From the NCBI GenBank assembly GCA_044070495.1, contig JBIPSI010000023.1, forward strand, positions 21,321 through 85,320: a stretch of DNA of 64,000 nucleotides, read 5' to 3'. This document shows, piece by piece, positions 1 to 9,241 of this stretch. Position numbers and translations under genes: made by a program. The number at the start of each line of letters is the position of its first letter. Position 1 is the first letter of the stretch. A model generated the notes under the pieces. That model worked only from the letters and a program-made list of their open reading frames with translations. It did not search any database and was not told where the DNA came from. Source of the stretch: Spirulina sp. GTDB taxonomy: Bacteria > Cyanobacteriota > Cyanobacteriia > Phormidesmidales > Phormidesmidaceae.

Positions 1-577
1 CATCCTCGACATTGTCGGAGCCCTAGTGGGGTTATTTATTCTGGCGGTGATCAGCCTACCCATTGCCATTGCCATCAAGATCGATAGTCCAGGCCCAGTT
101 CTCTATTCTCAAGAGCGCTACGGACTCAAGGGAAAACCCTTTCGGATCTGGAAGTTCCGCTCCATGGTGCAAAACGCCGATGACCTAAAGTCGGCGGTAG
201 CCAATCAGGCCCAAGGGTTAATTTTCAAAAATGAGTCCGATCCTCGCGTTACCCAGGTCGGTCGCTTTCTCCGCAAGACCAGCCTAGATGAGTTTCCCCA
301 GTTTTGGAACGTGCTACGCGGCGAAATGAGCCTAGTGGGTACCCGTCCCCCCACCGCCGACGAAGTCTCCCGCTATAGCCCTCATCACTGGCGGCGTCTA
401 GAGGTGAAGCCTGGGTTAACCGGACAGTGGCAGGTCAGCGGGCGCTCTGCTATCAAAGACTTTGAGGAAATTGTTAAGCTCGACTTGATCTACCAGCGGA
501 TCTGGACGCCCTGGTACGACCTCAAGCTGATTGTGCAGACTATTACGGTGCTGATTCTGCGCAAAGGGGCTTACTAG
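1..577 (+). CDS. Bacterial sugar transferase (polyprenyl-phosphate glycosylphosphotransferase, WcaJ/EpsL-like C-terminal domain), 5'-truncated by window edge
   Basis: Motifs [36 protein letters not shown] and KPGLTG.WQVSGRS; frame open from position 2 (ILDIVGAL). Confidence 0.92.
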   Translation, partial: ILDIVGALVGLFILAVISLPIAIAIKIDSPGPVLYSQERYGLKGKPFRIWKFRSMVQNADDLKSAVANQAQGLIFKNESDPRVTQVGRFLRKTSLDEFPQFWNVLRGEMSLVGTRPPTADEVSRYSPHHWRRLEVKPGLTGQWQVSGRSAIKDFEEIVKLDLIYQRIWTPWYDLKLIVQTITVLILRKGAY

Positions 578-653
578 GGTGCTGAGCGGCCTCCTGGCAG
601 CCCGACCACTCGATTAAGATGAACCCATTCAACGGCTTGCCCCCGGTATTTCT

Positions 654-676
654 GGGTGAGGAGGCCTTCCCCCTAC
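654..676 (-). repeat. GTAG-type REP-like palindrome
   Basis: Minus strand GTAGGGGGAAGGCCTCCTCACCC resembles copies at 35615-35638 and 62507-62529. Confidence 0.5.
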
Positions 677-781
677 AGGTTTCGGGGTTGGGCACCGGGG
701 TTCTCTCATTCAGATTGGGCTACCCAGATGGTTTAGGTCGTTTGTAAGTCGTGCTGTCCTTGTTTCATCATCGCCTCAGGT

Positions 782-1759
782 CTAGGTCGTACCCAACAGG
801 TGGGCTCTAGGGTTGAGGCTTTCCATTTGGCGCAGTTCTTCATAGAGTGCCTTTTCCCGATCACTCAAGCGCGAGGGAATGACCACCTCTAGTTCAATCA
901 TCAAGTCTCCCCGTTCCTGTCCGATGGGATAGCCTCGTCCAACCAGACGAATTCGCTGTCCGGTCTGAGCTCCCTGGGGAAGCGTCGTGCGTTGGGGGCC
1001 GTCTAGGGTAGGAATTTCGATGGTGCTGCCGAGGGCGGCTTCGCTGGGGGTGATGGGCAAGCGGCAAAACACATCGCTACCCTGAAGCTTAAACAGCGGG
1101 TGGGGCTCAACTTCAATACGCAAGTACAGATTGCCGCCGCCGACGCCCTGCCCCCGTAGACGAATCCGTTGCCCTGTCACCATTCCGGCGGGCATCTGCA
1201 CTTCCAGGGATCGACCATCCTCCAGACGAATGCGCTCTCGTCCACCCCGGAATGCCTTTTCTAGGGGAATCGTGAGGCTTGCTTCGGCGTCACGTCGTCC
1301 ACCTCGACGGGGTTCGGGCGGTGGAGCGCTATACTCTGGTTCACGGGCGTAGGCCGATGTCTCTACCGTGGACTGGGGGGAGTCGGCGCGGCGATTGAGC
1401 AGTTGGTCGATAAAGTGATTGAAGTCTGGGAACTCCCCAAAGCCAAAGTCTTCTAGGGAAATTCGCCCACCACCACGGCTAGGTGTGGCCTCGCGGGTCG
1501 CCGCCGTTTCGGTCTGCCGCTGAAACCCCTTTTGCTTCCAATACTGGCTAAACCGTTCGTACTGGGCGCGTTTATCAGTGTCCGATAGGATCTCGTAGGC
1601 TTCCCCCAGCAATTTGAATTTTTCCTCGGCTACTTGGTCGCCGGGGTTGAGGTCGGGGTGATACTGGCGGGCTAATTTACGGTAGGCCTGCTTGATCGTG
1701 CCAAAGTCGGCCTCCCTAGAAACTCCCAGAATCTCGTAGTAGTTCCGAAAGTTTTGCAT
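782..1759 (-). CDS. dnaJ: DnaJ class B co-chaperone (J domain + DnaJ_C, no zinc finger)
   Basis: N-terminal J domain with HPD motif, C-terminal substrate-binding domain, directly downstream of dnaK. Confidence 0.93.
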   Translation of the reverse strand: MQNFRNYYEILGVSREADFGTIKQAYRKLARQYHPDLNPGDQVAEEKFKLLGEAYEILSDTDKRAQYERFSQYWKQKGFQRQTETAATREATPSRGGGRISLEDFGFGEFPDFNHFIDQLLNRRADSPQSTVETSAYAREPEYSAPPPEPRRGGRRDAEASLTIPLEKAFRGGRERIRLEDGRSLEVQMPAGMVTGQRIRLRGQGVGGGNLYLRIEVEPHPLFKLQGSDVFCRLPITPSEAALGSTIEIPTLDGPQRTTLPQGAQTGQRIRLVGRGYPIGQERGDLMIELEVVIPSRLSDREKALYEELRQMESLNPRAHLLGTT

Positions 1760-1807
1760 ATCGGGCGTTCAGGAATGTAGAGGTATGGGCGATGGAAACG
1801 GCGCACC

Positions 1808-4615
1808 CTAGAGCCACTCGTCGGGGGCATCCCAGTTGCTGCCGTAGTCAGCATCGGGCGGCGGTGGATTAGGCCGACGGCGGGAGGGTTCCCGTCGATC
1901 CGTTGGCGCTGGGTTGGGGGCTGGGGTCGAGCGTCGATCCTCACCTTGGGGTTCGGCCCAGGGGTCGTCGTCCCAGTTGTCAAACCCGCCCGCCGTACCA
2001 CGGGAAGTCGTTGGAGTATTCGCCCCCCCTGCACCGTTGGCAGGCGATGCTGGCCTGGGGCCATAGCCCGGGTTGATGCTAGGGCCAGCGGTAAAATCGC
2101 TGTCTGGTCGTGCCGGGGGCCGAGACCCAGGAGTCGCAGAGCGCGGACTCGCGGGGGGAGCCTCTCCTCTGTACTCCGATCCGTACCCGGCATCGCGCCC
2201 AGGGGCCGCAGCCGGTGGGCGATCCTGGCTATAGCCCGCTGCGGGGTATGGGGGACGGGGCTCTCGGCTCGGCTCGCGGTTGGCGTCGCGGCTGTCGTAG
2301 GGTGCCCTGGGACGACCAGCATCGTAGGCAGAACCCTGATCGTAGCGGGAATTCTGATAGCCACGACGGCCATAGCCCGGATTATCGTTAATACCGGGTC
2401 GGTTGTCGTAGCTGGGACGGTTATCGACGGGTCGATTATCGGCGGGTCGGTTATCCGCAGGACGGCCATCGTAGCCCTGGCGACCATAGCCTGAATTGGG
2501 GTAGGTGTCGTAGGCCCCACCGCCGTAGGCAGGTCTGTTGCCGCCATAGTTGGGTTGACCGTAACCGGGTTGGCCATAGCTAGGCGGGTTGTAGCCGGGC
2601 TGACCGTAACTCGGCGGCTGACCGTAGCTTTGGCCACCACGCCCTCGGCTGTCGTAGTCCCAATCGTCATCCCAGTTGCCCCAGGAACCACCCTGATAGC
2701 CATAGTTGGGGCGGGCGTCGAGGTCGTCGTCGAAGGCGAAGGTTTTTTTCAGGGTGTTGCCGATTTGGCCCAGAATGCCGCCCTCCTGGTCGTCCTCGGC
2801 TTCGTAGAGGTAGGCTTCGCGATTAAGGTCGTAGAGTTCGTCTTGCAGTTCGGTTTGGGCGATGTCGATGCCGCGTTCGTCTCCCCGTTCTAGGCCATCG
2901 CGCAGTTCTTGGACGAGGGCTTCAATGCGGCGACGACGCTCACGGGCAAACTGCATCCCAAAGTCCAGCGCAACCTCCCGCAGCAATCGCTCGGCCTGGA
3001 AGGTGAGGGCTTCGGCGCGGTTGCGTTTTTCCACCCGTTCCCGCTGCAAACGGTCGGTTTCGGCGTATTCTTCCGCTTCCTGGATCATCCGCTGCACTTC
3101 GCTTTCGTCCAGGTTGGCGGCCCCCTGCACCGTCAGGCTTTGCTCCCGTCCGGTGGTTTTGTCCATGGCGGACACCTGCAAAATGCCGTTGGCATCGATA
3201 TCAAAGGACACCAACACCTGGGGCACCCCACGGGGAGCCGGGGGAATGCCCATCAGCTTGAAGCGGCCTAGGGATTTGTTATCCGCCCCCATTTCCCGCT
3301 CACCCTGGAGGACGTGGACTTCCACGGAGGTTTGATTATTTTCCGAGGTGGAGAAAATATCCGACCGCCGCACCGGAATCGTGGTGTTGCGGGGGATCAC
3401 CTTCTTCATCACGCCGCCAATGGTCTCCAACCCTAACGAGAGGGAGGTGACATCCAGCAGCATGATGTCCTGCACCTCCTGGGTGAGGATGCCCGCCTGG
3501 ATGGCCGCCCCCACCGCCACCGCCTCATCGGGATTGACGTTTTGGCTGGGTTCTAGGCCAACCAGCGACCGCACCAGGTCTTGGGCCATGGGCATGCGGC
3601 TGCCACCTCCCACCAGCACCACCTCGTCAATGTCGTTGGGCGACAGGTTGGCATCGGTGATCGCCTGCTTCAGGGGGCCACGCAAACGACTGATCAAATC
3701 CCCACACAGCCCCTCAAACTGGGAGCGGCTGAGGCGAGTTTCGATGTGCTTGGGGCCGTCCTTCGTTGCCGTGATGAAGGGCAGGCTAATTTCCGTGGTG
3801 GCCACCCCAGACAGCTCGATTTTGGCCTTTTCCGCCGCTTCGGTCAGCCGTTGCAGGGCTTGGCGATCCTTGCGTAGATCGATCCCCTCCTGCTCTAGGA
3901 ACTGATCCGCCAGCCAGGTGACGATTTTTTGGTCAAAATCCGCCCCGCCCAGTTGGGTATCTCCGGCGGTGGATCGCACCTCAAACACGCCGTCGCCCAC
4001 ATCCAAAATGGAGACATCGAAGGTGCCGCCCCCCAGGTCAAACACCAGGATGGTTTGGTTGTAGGATTCGTCAAAGCCGTAGGCCAGGGCGGCGGCGGTG
4101 GGCTCGTTTAAGATGCGCTTCACATCCAGTCCGGCGATGCGTCCGGCGTTGCGGGTGGCTTGGCGCTGGGTGTCGTTAAAGTAGGCGGGCACCGTAATCA
4201 CCGCCCCGGTGACGGGCTGGCCCAGGTAGCGACTGGCCTCATCCGCCAGCTTCCGCAGCACCATGGCCGACAGTTCCTCAGGCGCAAAGTCTTTCTCTAG
4301 GCGCGGACAACGCACCTTCACGTTGCCCACCTCATCGCGACGGATGGTGTAGGGCACCCGCTTGGCCGCCTCATCCAGTTCCGCATACTTGCGACCCATG
4401 TAGCGCTTGACGCCGTAGAAAGTATTTTGAGGGTTCAGCACCGATTGCCGCCGTGCCAACTGCCCCACCAGGCGTTCCCCTTCCTTACTAAAGGCCACCA
4501 CCGAAGGCGTGGTACGCATCCCCTCAGCGTTGGCAATCACCACTGGCTTGCCACCTTCCATGACAGAAACAACCGAGTTGGTGGTGCCTAGGTCGATGCC
4601 AACTACTTTTCCCAT
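1808..4615 (-). CDS. dnaK: Hsp70 chaperone DnaK (cyanobacterial long-tail type) with ~300-aa low-complexity C-terminal extension
   Basis: [19 protein letters not shown] and VLVGG.SRMP motifs; RBS AAGGAG at 4628-4633; 935 aa. Confidence 0.97.
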   Translation of the reverse strand: MGKVVGIDLGTTNSVVSVMEGGKPVVIANAEGMRTTPSVVAFSKEGERLVGQLARRQSVLNPQNTFYGVKRYMGRKYAELDEAAKRVPYTIRRDEVGNVKVRCPRLEKDFAPEELSAMVLRKLADEASRYLGQPVTGAVITVPAYFNDTQRQATRNAGRIAGLDVKRILNEPTAAALAYGFDESYNQTILVFDLGGGTFDVSILDVGDGVFEVRSTAGDTQLGGADFDQKIVTWLADQFLEQEGIDLRKDRQALQRLTEAAEKAKIELSGVATTEISLPFITATKDGPKHIETRLSRSQFEGLCGDLISRLRGPLKQAITDANLSPNDIDEVVLVGGGSRMPMAQDLVRSLVGLEPSQNVNPDEAVAVGAAIQAGILTQEVQDIMLLDVTSLSLGLETIGGVMKKVIPRNTTIPVRRSDIFSTSENNQTSVEVHVLQGEREMGADNKSLGRFKLMGIPPAPRGVPQVLVSFDIDANGILQVSAMDKTTGREQSLTVQGAANLDESEVQRMIQEAEEYAETDRLQRERVEKRNRAEALTFQAERLLREVALDFGMQFARERRRRIEALVQELRDGLERGDERGIDIAQTELQDELYDLNREAYLYEAEDDQEGGILGQIGNTLKKTFAFDDDLDARPNYGYQGGSWGNWDDDWDYDSRGRGGQSYGQPPSYGQPGYNPPSYGQPGYGQPNYGGNRPAYGGGAYDTYPNSGYGRQGYDGRPADNRPADNRPVDNRPSYDNRPGINDNPGYGRRGYQNSRYDQGSAYDAGRPRAPYDSRDANREPSREPRPPYPAAGYSQDRPPAAAPGRDAGYGSEYRGEAPPASPRSATPGSRPPARPDSDFTAGPSINPGYGPRPASPANGAGGANTPTTSRGTAGGFDNWDDDPWAEPQGEDRRSTPAPNPAPTDRREPSRRRPNPPPPDADYGSNWDAPDEWL

Positions 4616-4637
4616 TCCCTTTGGCGTCTCCTTCGTG

Positions 4638-4682
4638 GTCGGTCTGCGAGGTGTCGGTCTGTGAGAGGTCGGTCTGCAAGGT
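4638..4682. repeat. 3 x 15-bp direct repeat in the dnaK leader
   Basis: GTCGGTCTGCGAGGT / GTCGGTCTGTGAGAG / GTCGGTCTGCAAGGT. Confidence 0.85.
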
Positions 4683-4917
4683 GTTGACAGGCTAACACCC
4701 CAAAGACACGGCGTCTGCTGCCTGACTTACATCTTTCTTAATGATAGTCTGCCATGACCTAGCCTTAAATTTTAGCGCTTGCCCCGTAGATTCGCGTGAG
4801 TCAGTGGTTTTGGGTCGAAGGTGCGCTGCCCCGCCCCTATTGCGGTCAGGTTTCCCGCTAATTCCTCGTTGGGGACTTCCCAAACGATTATTTTTTGCTA
4901 TGCTAGATCAGCAATAC

Positions 4918-4999
4918 GCGGATGTGGCGGAATTGGTAGACGCGCTAGATTTAGGTTCTAGTTTCGCAAGAAGTGAAGGTTCAAGTCCTTTCATCCGCA
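4918..4999 (+). tRNA. trnL: tRNA-Leu(UAG)
   Basis: Acceptor stem GCGGATG/CATCCGC, D-arm GGCGGAATTGGTAGACGC, anticodon arm CTAGA-TTTAGGT-TCTAG, long variable arm, T-loop GGTTCAAGTCC; CCA not encoded. Confidence 0.97.
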
Positions 5000-5213
5000 T
5001 AGAAATTTAAAATTGATGGCAGTTAGTGGCAGCAACGCTTCTGAGAATCTGCCCAATCCAGGGATAAGGCGCGCCCGTGCGGCTTTTCTAGTCGCCGACA
5101 GGATTCAAGGATGGGCCATGCCCTACCCATGCCGCTCTACTTCTCCGAATAGGGGCATGGTGCAGGATAAGTTTTAGGTAACGCTCTTCGCCGTACTTTA
5201 ACTGCCCTTGTGC

Positions 5214-5429
5214 CTAGTCCACCAGGCTCCACCAGCCCAGGCTGGGGCCGACAAATCGTAGGGTGATCCAAAAGGCGATGACCAGAATGATCATGGCCCA
5301 GGTGCCACGGCTCGTCCATTTCATGAAGTCTTGGGACTGCTGCTTGGTGATGGGCAGCCAGGGCAGGATGGGTTCTGCTTGGCCGTATTTTTCACCCAGC
5401 TGTTCGCGCCGCCGTTTCGATTCCCCCAT
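5214..5429 (-). CDS. DUF2839-family small membrane protein
   Basis: Conserved cyanobacterial start MGESKRR and one C-terminal TM helix ending in GPSLGWW. Confidence 0.85.
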   Translation of the reverse strand: MGESKRRREQLGEKYGQAEPILPWLPITKQQSQDFMKWTSRGTWAMIILVIAFWITLRFVGPSLGWWSLVD

Positions 5430-5482
5430 GGGCCTAGATCCTTCCTTTAAAACCGCTGCCTGGATCATACAACTGTCTGGGC

Positions 5483-7030
5483 CTAGGAGGGTTGGGGTGG
5501 AACGTTGGGGCGCAGATCCCATTCGGGGCGCAGGGATCGGGTGGTGGCGGAGGGACTGAGGGACTCTAGAATTTGTTGGCCGTAGCTGCGGTAGTGGACG
5601 CGGGTATCGAGCAGGGCGACGAGACCTTGGTTGGCCCGCAGGGGGGCGATGGCCCGCTGAATTTCGGCCATGGCGGTGGGAAATAGGTAGAGCCGAAACC
5701 AGTCTTGGCGGCGACGTTTGTGGAAGGCGACCCGTCCGGCCACCAGGGGATGCTCTAGGGAGGGCAGGGGCAGGGTGGCCATAATCAGCAGGGTGGGCCG
5801 AGGCAGGCGGTGGCAGTTTTGGTGCCAAAAGTCCCAGCCGCTGACGAGGATGGTGTTCTCATCGATATCGATCTGTTCCACCTGCACCCGCGAGCCAAAT
5901 TCTCCGGCCAGGGCGGCGGCCAGTTGGCCCTTGAGGGGCAGGTCATTCACCAAAATGAGCGTGGGGCCAGGGTAGTCCGGGGCCGCACAAACGAGTAAAC
6001 GGCGAATTTCCTGGTGGGCACGGCTCTGAAACTGCGGGGTGTTGGGCAGGGGCAGGTGATCTGGGAGATAGAGATGGACGAGGTCATTACGGCGGTCGGG
6101 GGCAAATTTGAGGCAGGTTAAATCCTCTAGGCCAAACCGCTGGCAAAAGATTTCGGCCTTCGCTTCGTGATCCAACGACGCCCCGACCAGCACCACGGGC
6201 TGTGGTTTCCAGATCTGCTCTCGGTAAACCGACAAATCGACCGGGGTGCAGTGCAGGGTAATGTGGCCAGATTGACGGTCGGTGACAAACCAGCGCAGGT
6301 GATCGGCGTCGGCAAAGGCAGACCAAAACCGTTGCCAAGCCAGGGGCATGGCCTCGGCCCGTCCCTCGGTGGTAAGGATGCGATGGAGGTGGTGCAGGCG
6401 ATCCTGATCGTCCTCCTCCAGCAGGTGGCAGTGGTAGGGGTTGGGGGGATGTTGAAAGGCGGCGTAGGTGAGGGCTACGCGGGTATCGCGGATGAGATCC
6501 CGGTGCTGGGCGTAGGCCAGCCCGAGTTCCTCCCAATCGCCGTGGGTGAGGGTGACGGTGAGCAGATCCTCCAGCCAGGTTTCTAAATGATCGGCATCGT
6601 CTATCAGGGTGGGAATGCCGGCAGGAAACGCGCCCGTATCGCCCAAACGGTCGGCCAGCCAAGCGGTTGGCGTGGTAATCAGCAGCCCCGTAAAGTCCGA
6701 GTCTGGCCAGCGACTGCCGACCTGAATGGCCTTCGTCAGCCCCAGACGTTCCTGTAATCGAGGTAAGTCGCCCAACAGCAGCCGTTGCTGGGTGGCGGAG
6801 GGCACCACCAACACCGCTGGCCCCGGCCACAACAACAGGGCCACCAGGTAGCTGACCCGGTAGTCTCCCTGGTAGGCCGATAGCCCCCCCACCTGCAAGA
6901 GCGCACTGCGACCTAGGCGCAACGCCCGCGCCACCAACCGGGCCAGGGTGAGGTGGTGGGGCCAGCTAGAATCGCCGCAGTCCCGCAGGAACTCGCGCAG
7001 TTGTTGGTGTACCTGGGCTTCAATCACCAT
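5483..7030 (-). CDS. DinG-like helicase-family protein (helicase C-terminal 2 domain)
   Basis: C-terminal LPLPSLEHPLV...LVALLDTRVHYRSYG motif of cyanobacterial DinG-like proteins. Confidence 0.8.
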   Translation of the reverse strand: MVIEAQVHQQLREFLRDCGDSSWPHHLTLARLVARALRLGRSALLQVGGLSAYQGDYRVSYLVALLLWPGPAVLVVPSATQQRLLLGDLPRLQERLGLTKAIQVGSRWPDSDFTGLLITTPTAWLADRLGDTGAFPAGIPTLIDDADHLETWLEDLLTVTLTHGDWEELGLAYAQHRDLIRDTRVALTYAAFQHPPNPYHCHLLEEDDQDRLHHLHRILTTEGRAEAMPLAWQRFWSAFADADHLRWFVTDRQSGHITLHCTPVDLSVYREQIWKPQPVVLVGASLDHEAKAEIFCQRFGLEDLTCLKFAPDRRNDLVHLYLPDHLPLPNTPQFQSRAHQEIRRLLVCAAPDYPGPTLILVNDLPLKGQLAAALAGEFGSRVQVEQIDIDENTILVSGWDFWHQNCHRLPRPTLLIMATLPLPSLEHPLVAGRVAFHKRRRQDWFRLYLFPTAMAEIQRAIAPLRANQGLVALLDTRVHYRSYGQQILESLSPSATTRSLRPEWDLRPNVPPQPS

Positions 7031-7349
7031 CGGCGGCGACCACGGCAAAAAACGACAATGGGACGACCTTAAAGTAAGCCTTCATTGTGACACACCTGAT
7101 TTCGCGGCGGGTTGTGAGGAATACAGCCCTGTCCGTGCCCTTAGCACGGAACGGCTCCGGGACTTGCCTCTGTCCAGGGGGTACGGTGGTGTCCTGGGTT
7201 TCCCCTGACCTAGGCCGATAGCCAGATCGAACGGTTGGCCGTTTTGTAACCTAGTGTTACTAACTGCAACACAATAATCGTTACACTTTAGGCACAGTTG
7301 GGAGTTCCCCAGTCCATTCAGTGACCTTATACCCTGAGGCAGCCCGGCC

Positions 7350-9167
7350 ATGATCGGAGCGAACTACCTGGGTTCTAACCAATGCGAGTTTCGGGTGTGG
7401 GCACCCCAGCGACGGCGGGTGGCGGTGCAATTCCAGGATGGGCGTACCGTCCCCTTGACGGCGCGATCAGGGGGCTACTGGGCCTCGGTAATAGATGGCG
7501 TTCCCCCCGGCACCCGGTACCAAGTGTTACTCGACGACGACTTACTCCGGCCCGATCCCGCCTCTCGGTACCAGCCCCAGGGGGTGCATGGGTTATCCCA
7601 GGTAGTGGATCCCCAGGCGTACCCGTGGGGCGATCACCGCTGGACGGGATTACCCCTGTCGGACTTCGTCTTGTACGAACTGCACATCGGTACCTTTACC
7701 CCCGAAGGCACCTTTGAGGCGATCATTCCCCGGTTACCGATCCTCAAAGACCTCGGCATTACCGCCCTAGAACTGATGCCCGTGGCTCAGTTTCCCGGCA
7801 CCCGCAACTGGGGCTACGACGGGGTGTATCCCTTTGCAGTGCAGCACAGCTACGGCGGGCCAGAGGGGTTGAAACAGCTCGTTGATGCCTGCCATCGGCA
7901 GGGCATGGCGGTGGTGCTGGATGTGGTCTACAACCACTTTGGCCCGGAGGGCAACTACACCGCCGACTTTGGCCCCTACTTTACCCAGCGCTACAACACC
8001 CCCTGGGGCGCAGCCATCAATTTCGATGACGCCCACAGCGACGGGGTACGAGACTTTATGCTGGATAACGTGCGGATGTGGGTGCAGGACTTTCACCTCG
8101 ACGGGTTGCGGCTAGATGCCATCCACGCCATCTATGACTTCAGCGCCCAGCACATTTTGGCGGAAATGCAGGCGGTGGTGCAGCCCTTGGCCGAGGCACG
8201 GGGCTATCCCTGTTATCTGATGGCCGAAAGCGACCTGAATGATCGGCGGGTGATTGCGCCCCCAGAACAGGGTGGGCATGGGTTGGATGCCCAGTGGAGT
8301 GATGACTTCCACCACGCGCTACACACCCTCCTCACCGGGGAAAACGGCGGCTACTACGAAGACTTTGGCAGCCCCGAACAATTGGCCAAGGCCCTGCAAA
8401 AGGGGTTTGTCTACGATGGAGCCTATTCTCGCCATCGACGCCGACGGCACGGCAACGATGCCAGCCAGTTCCCGCCCCAGCAGTTTGTGGTGGCGGCCCA
8501 AAACCACGATCAAGTCGGCAACCGCATGATAGGGGATCGCCTGAGTACCCTCGTCGGCTTTGAGGGCCTGAAACTGGCAGCGGGAACGGTACTGCTATCG
8601 CCCTACATTCCGCTGCTGTTTATGGGGGAAGAATATGGCGAAACCGCCCCTTTTCTATATTTTATTGACCATGGCGATCCCGACCTCATCACCGCCGTGC
8701 GCGAGGGCCGTAAACGGGAATTTGCCGCCTTCCATGCCCTTGGCGAGCCGCCCGATGCCGCCAGTCCAGACACCTTTAAGCAATGCGTTTTGAACTGGGA
8801 TCAGCACAGCGAGGGTAAACCGGGTACCCTCTGGCGCTTTTATCAAACCCTGCTGCAACTCCGACACCAGATTCCGGCCCTGGCGGTGGGAGAGAAACGC
8901 CAAATTGCCGCCAAATGTACCCCAGCCAAAGGTATTGTTTGTTGGCAACGCTGGCAAGACGCCTCTGAAGTGCTGATTTTGGCCAACTTCCAGCCCGAAC
9001 CTGTCCCCTACCTACCTATCCTCGATGGTCACTGGCATCGTCGTTTGGATTCCGCCAGCTACGACTGGCTCGGCCCCGGCAGTACTACCCCGGCAATGTT
9101 GGCCATTGGCACAGAATTTCACCTCCAGCCCCAAAGCTTTGTGCTGTACGAACGTAGCGATGATTGA
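7350..9167 (+). CDS. treZ: Malto-oligosyltrehalose trehalohydrolase (GH13)
   Basis: FRVWAP, YELHIGTFT, RNWGYDGV, DVVYNHFGPEG, GLRLDAIH, QNHDQVGNR. Confidence 0.96.
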   Translation: MIGANYLGSNQCEFRVWAPQRRRVAVQFQDGRTVPLTARSGGYWASVIDGVPPGTRYQVLLDDDLLRPDPASRYQPQGVHGLSQVVDPQAYPWGDHRWTGLPLSDFVLYELHIGTFTPEGTFEAIIPRLPILKDLGITALELMPVAQFPGTRNWGYDGVYPFAVQHSYGGPEGLKQLVDACHRQGMAVVLDVVYNHFGPEGNYTADFGPYFTQRYNTPWGAAINFDDAHSDGVRDFMLDNVRMWVQDFHLDGLRLDAIHAIYDFSAQHILAEMQAVVQPLAEARGYPCYLMAESDLNDRRVIAPPEQGGHGLDAQWSDDFHHALHTLLTGENGGYYEDFGSPEQLAKALQKGFVYDGAYSRHRRRRHGNDASQFPPQQFVVAAQNHDQVGNRMIGDRLSTLVGFEGLKLAAGTVLLSPYIPLLFMGEEYGETAPFLYFIDHGDPDLITAVREGRKREFAAFHALGEPPDAASPDTFKQCVLNWDQHSEGKPGTLWRFYQTLLQLRHQIPALAVGEKRQIAAKCTPAKGIVCWQRWQDASEVLILANFQPEPVPYLPILDGHWHRRLDSASYDWLGPGSTTPAMLAIGTEFHLQPQSFVLYERSDD

Positions 9168-9205
9168 CCCTCACGCCCAGCCCCTCTCCCAAGGGTAGAG
9201 GGGAG
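9168..9205. repeat. Small dispersed cyanobacterial repeat (CCCTC..CCC.GCCCCTCTCCC..GGG.AGAGGGGAG type)
   Basis: Hairpin-forming CCCCTCT/AGAGGGG between treZ stop and treY start. Confidence 0.6.
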
Positions 9206-9241
9206 TCAGAACCTACGCCCTGCCCCATTTCCCACCCCATC

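Noticed and set aside
1672..2703. 343-aa alternative-frame ORF overlapping the dnaK tail, plus antisense ORFs
   Set aside because: Expected by-product of GC-rich low-complexity sequence; no RBS or recognisable domain.
4918..5213. tRNA-Leu as integration site of a genomic island
   Set aside because: No adjacent integrase and no duplicated tRNA 3' end seen; flanking genes are core.
9164..9241. N-terminal extension of TreY given in the ORF track
   Set aside because: It is the translation of an intergenic repeat; the conserved start is MRIPLATYRL at 9242.
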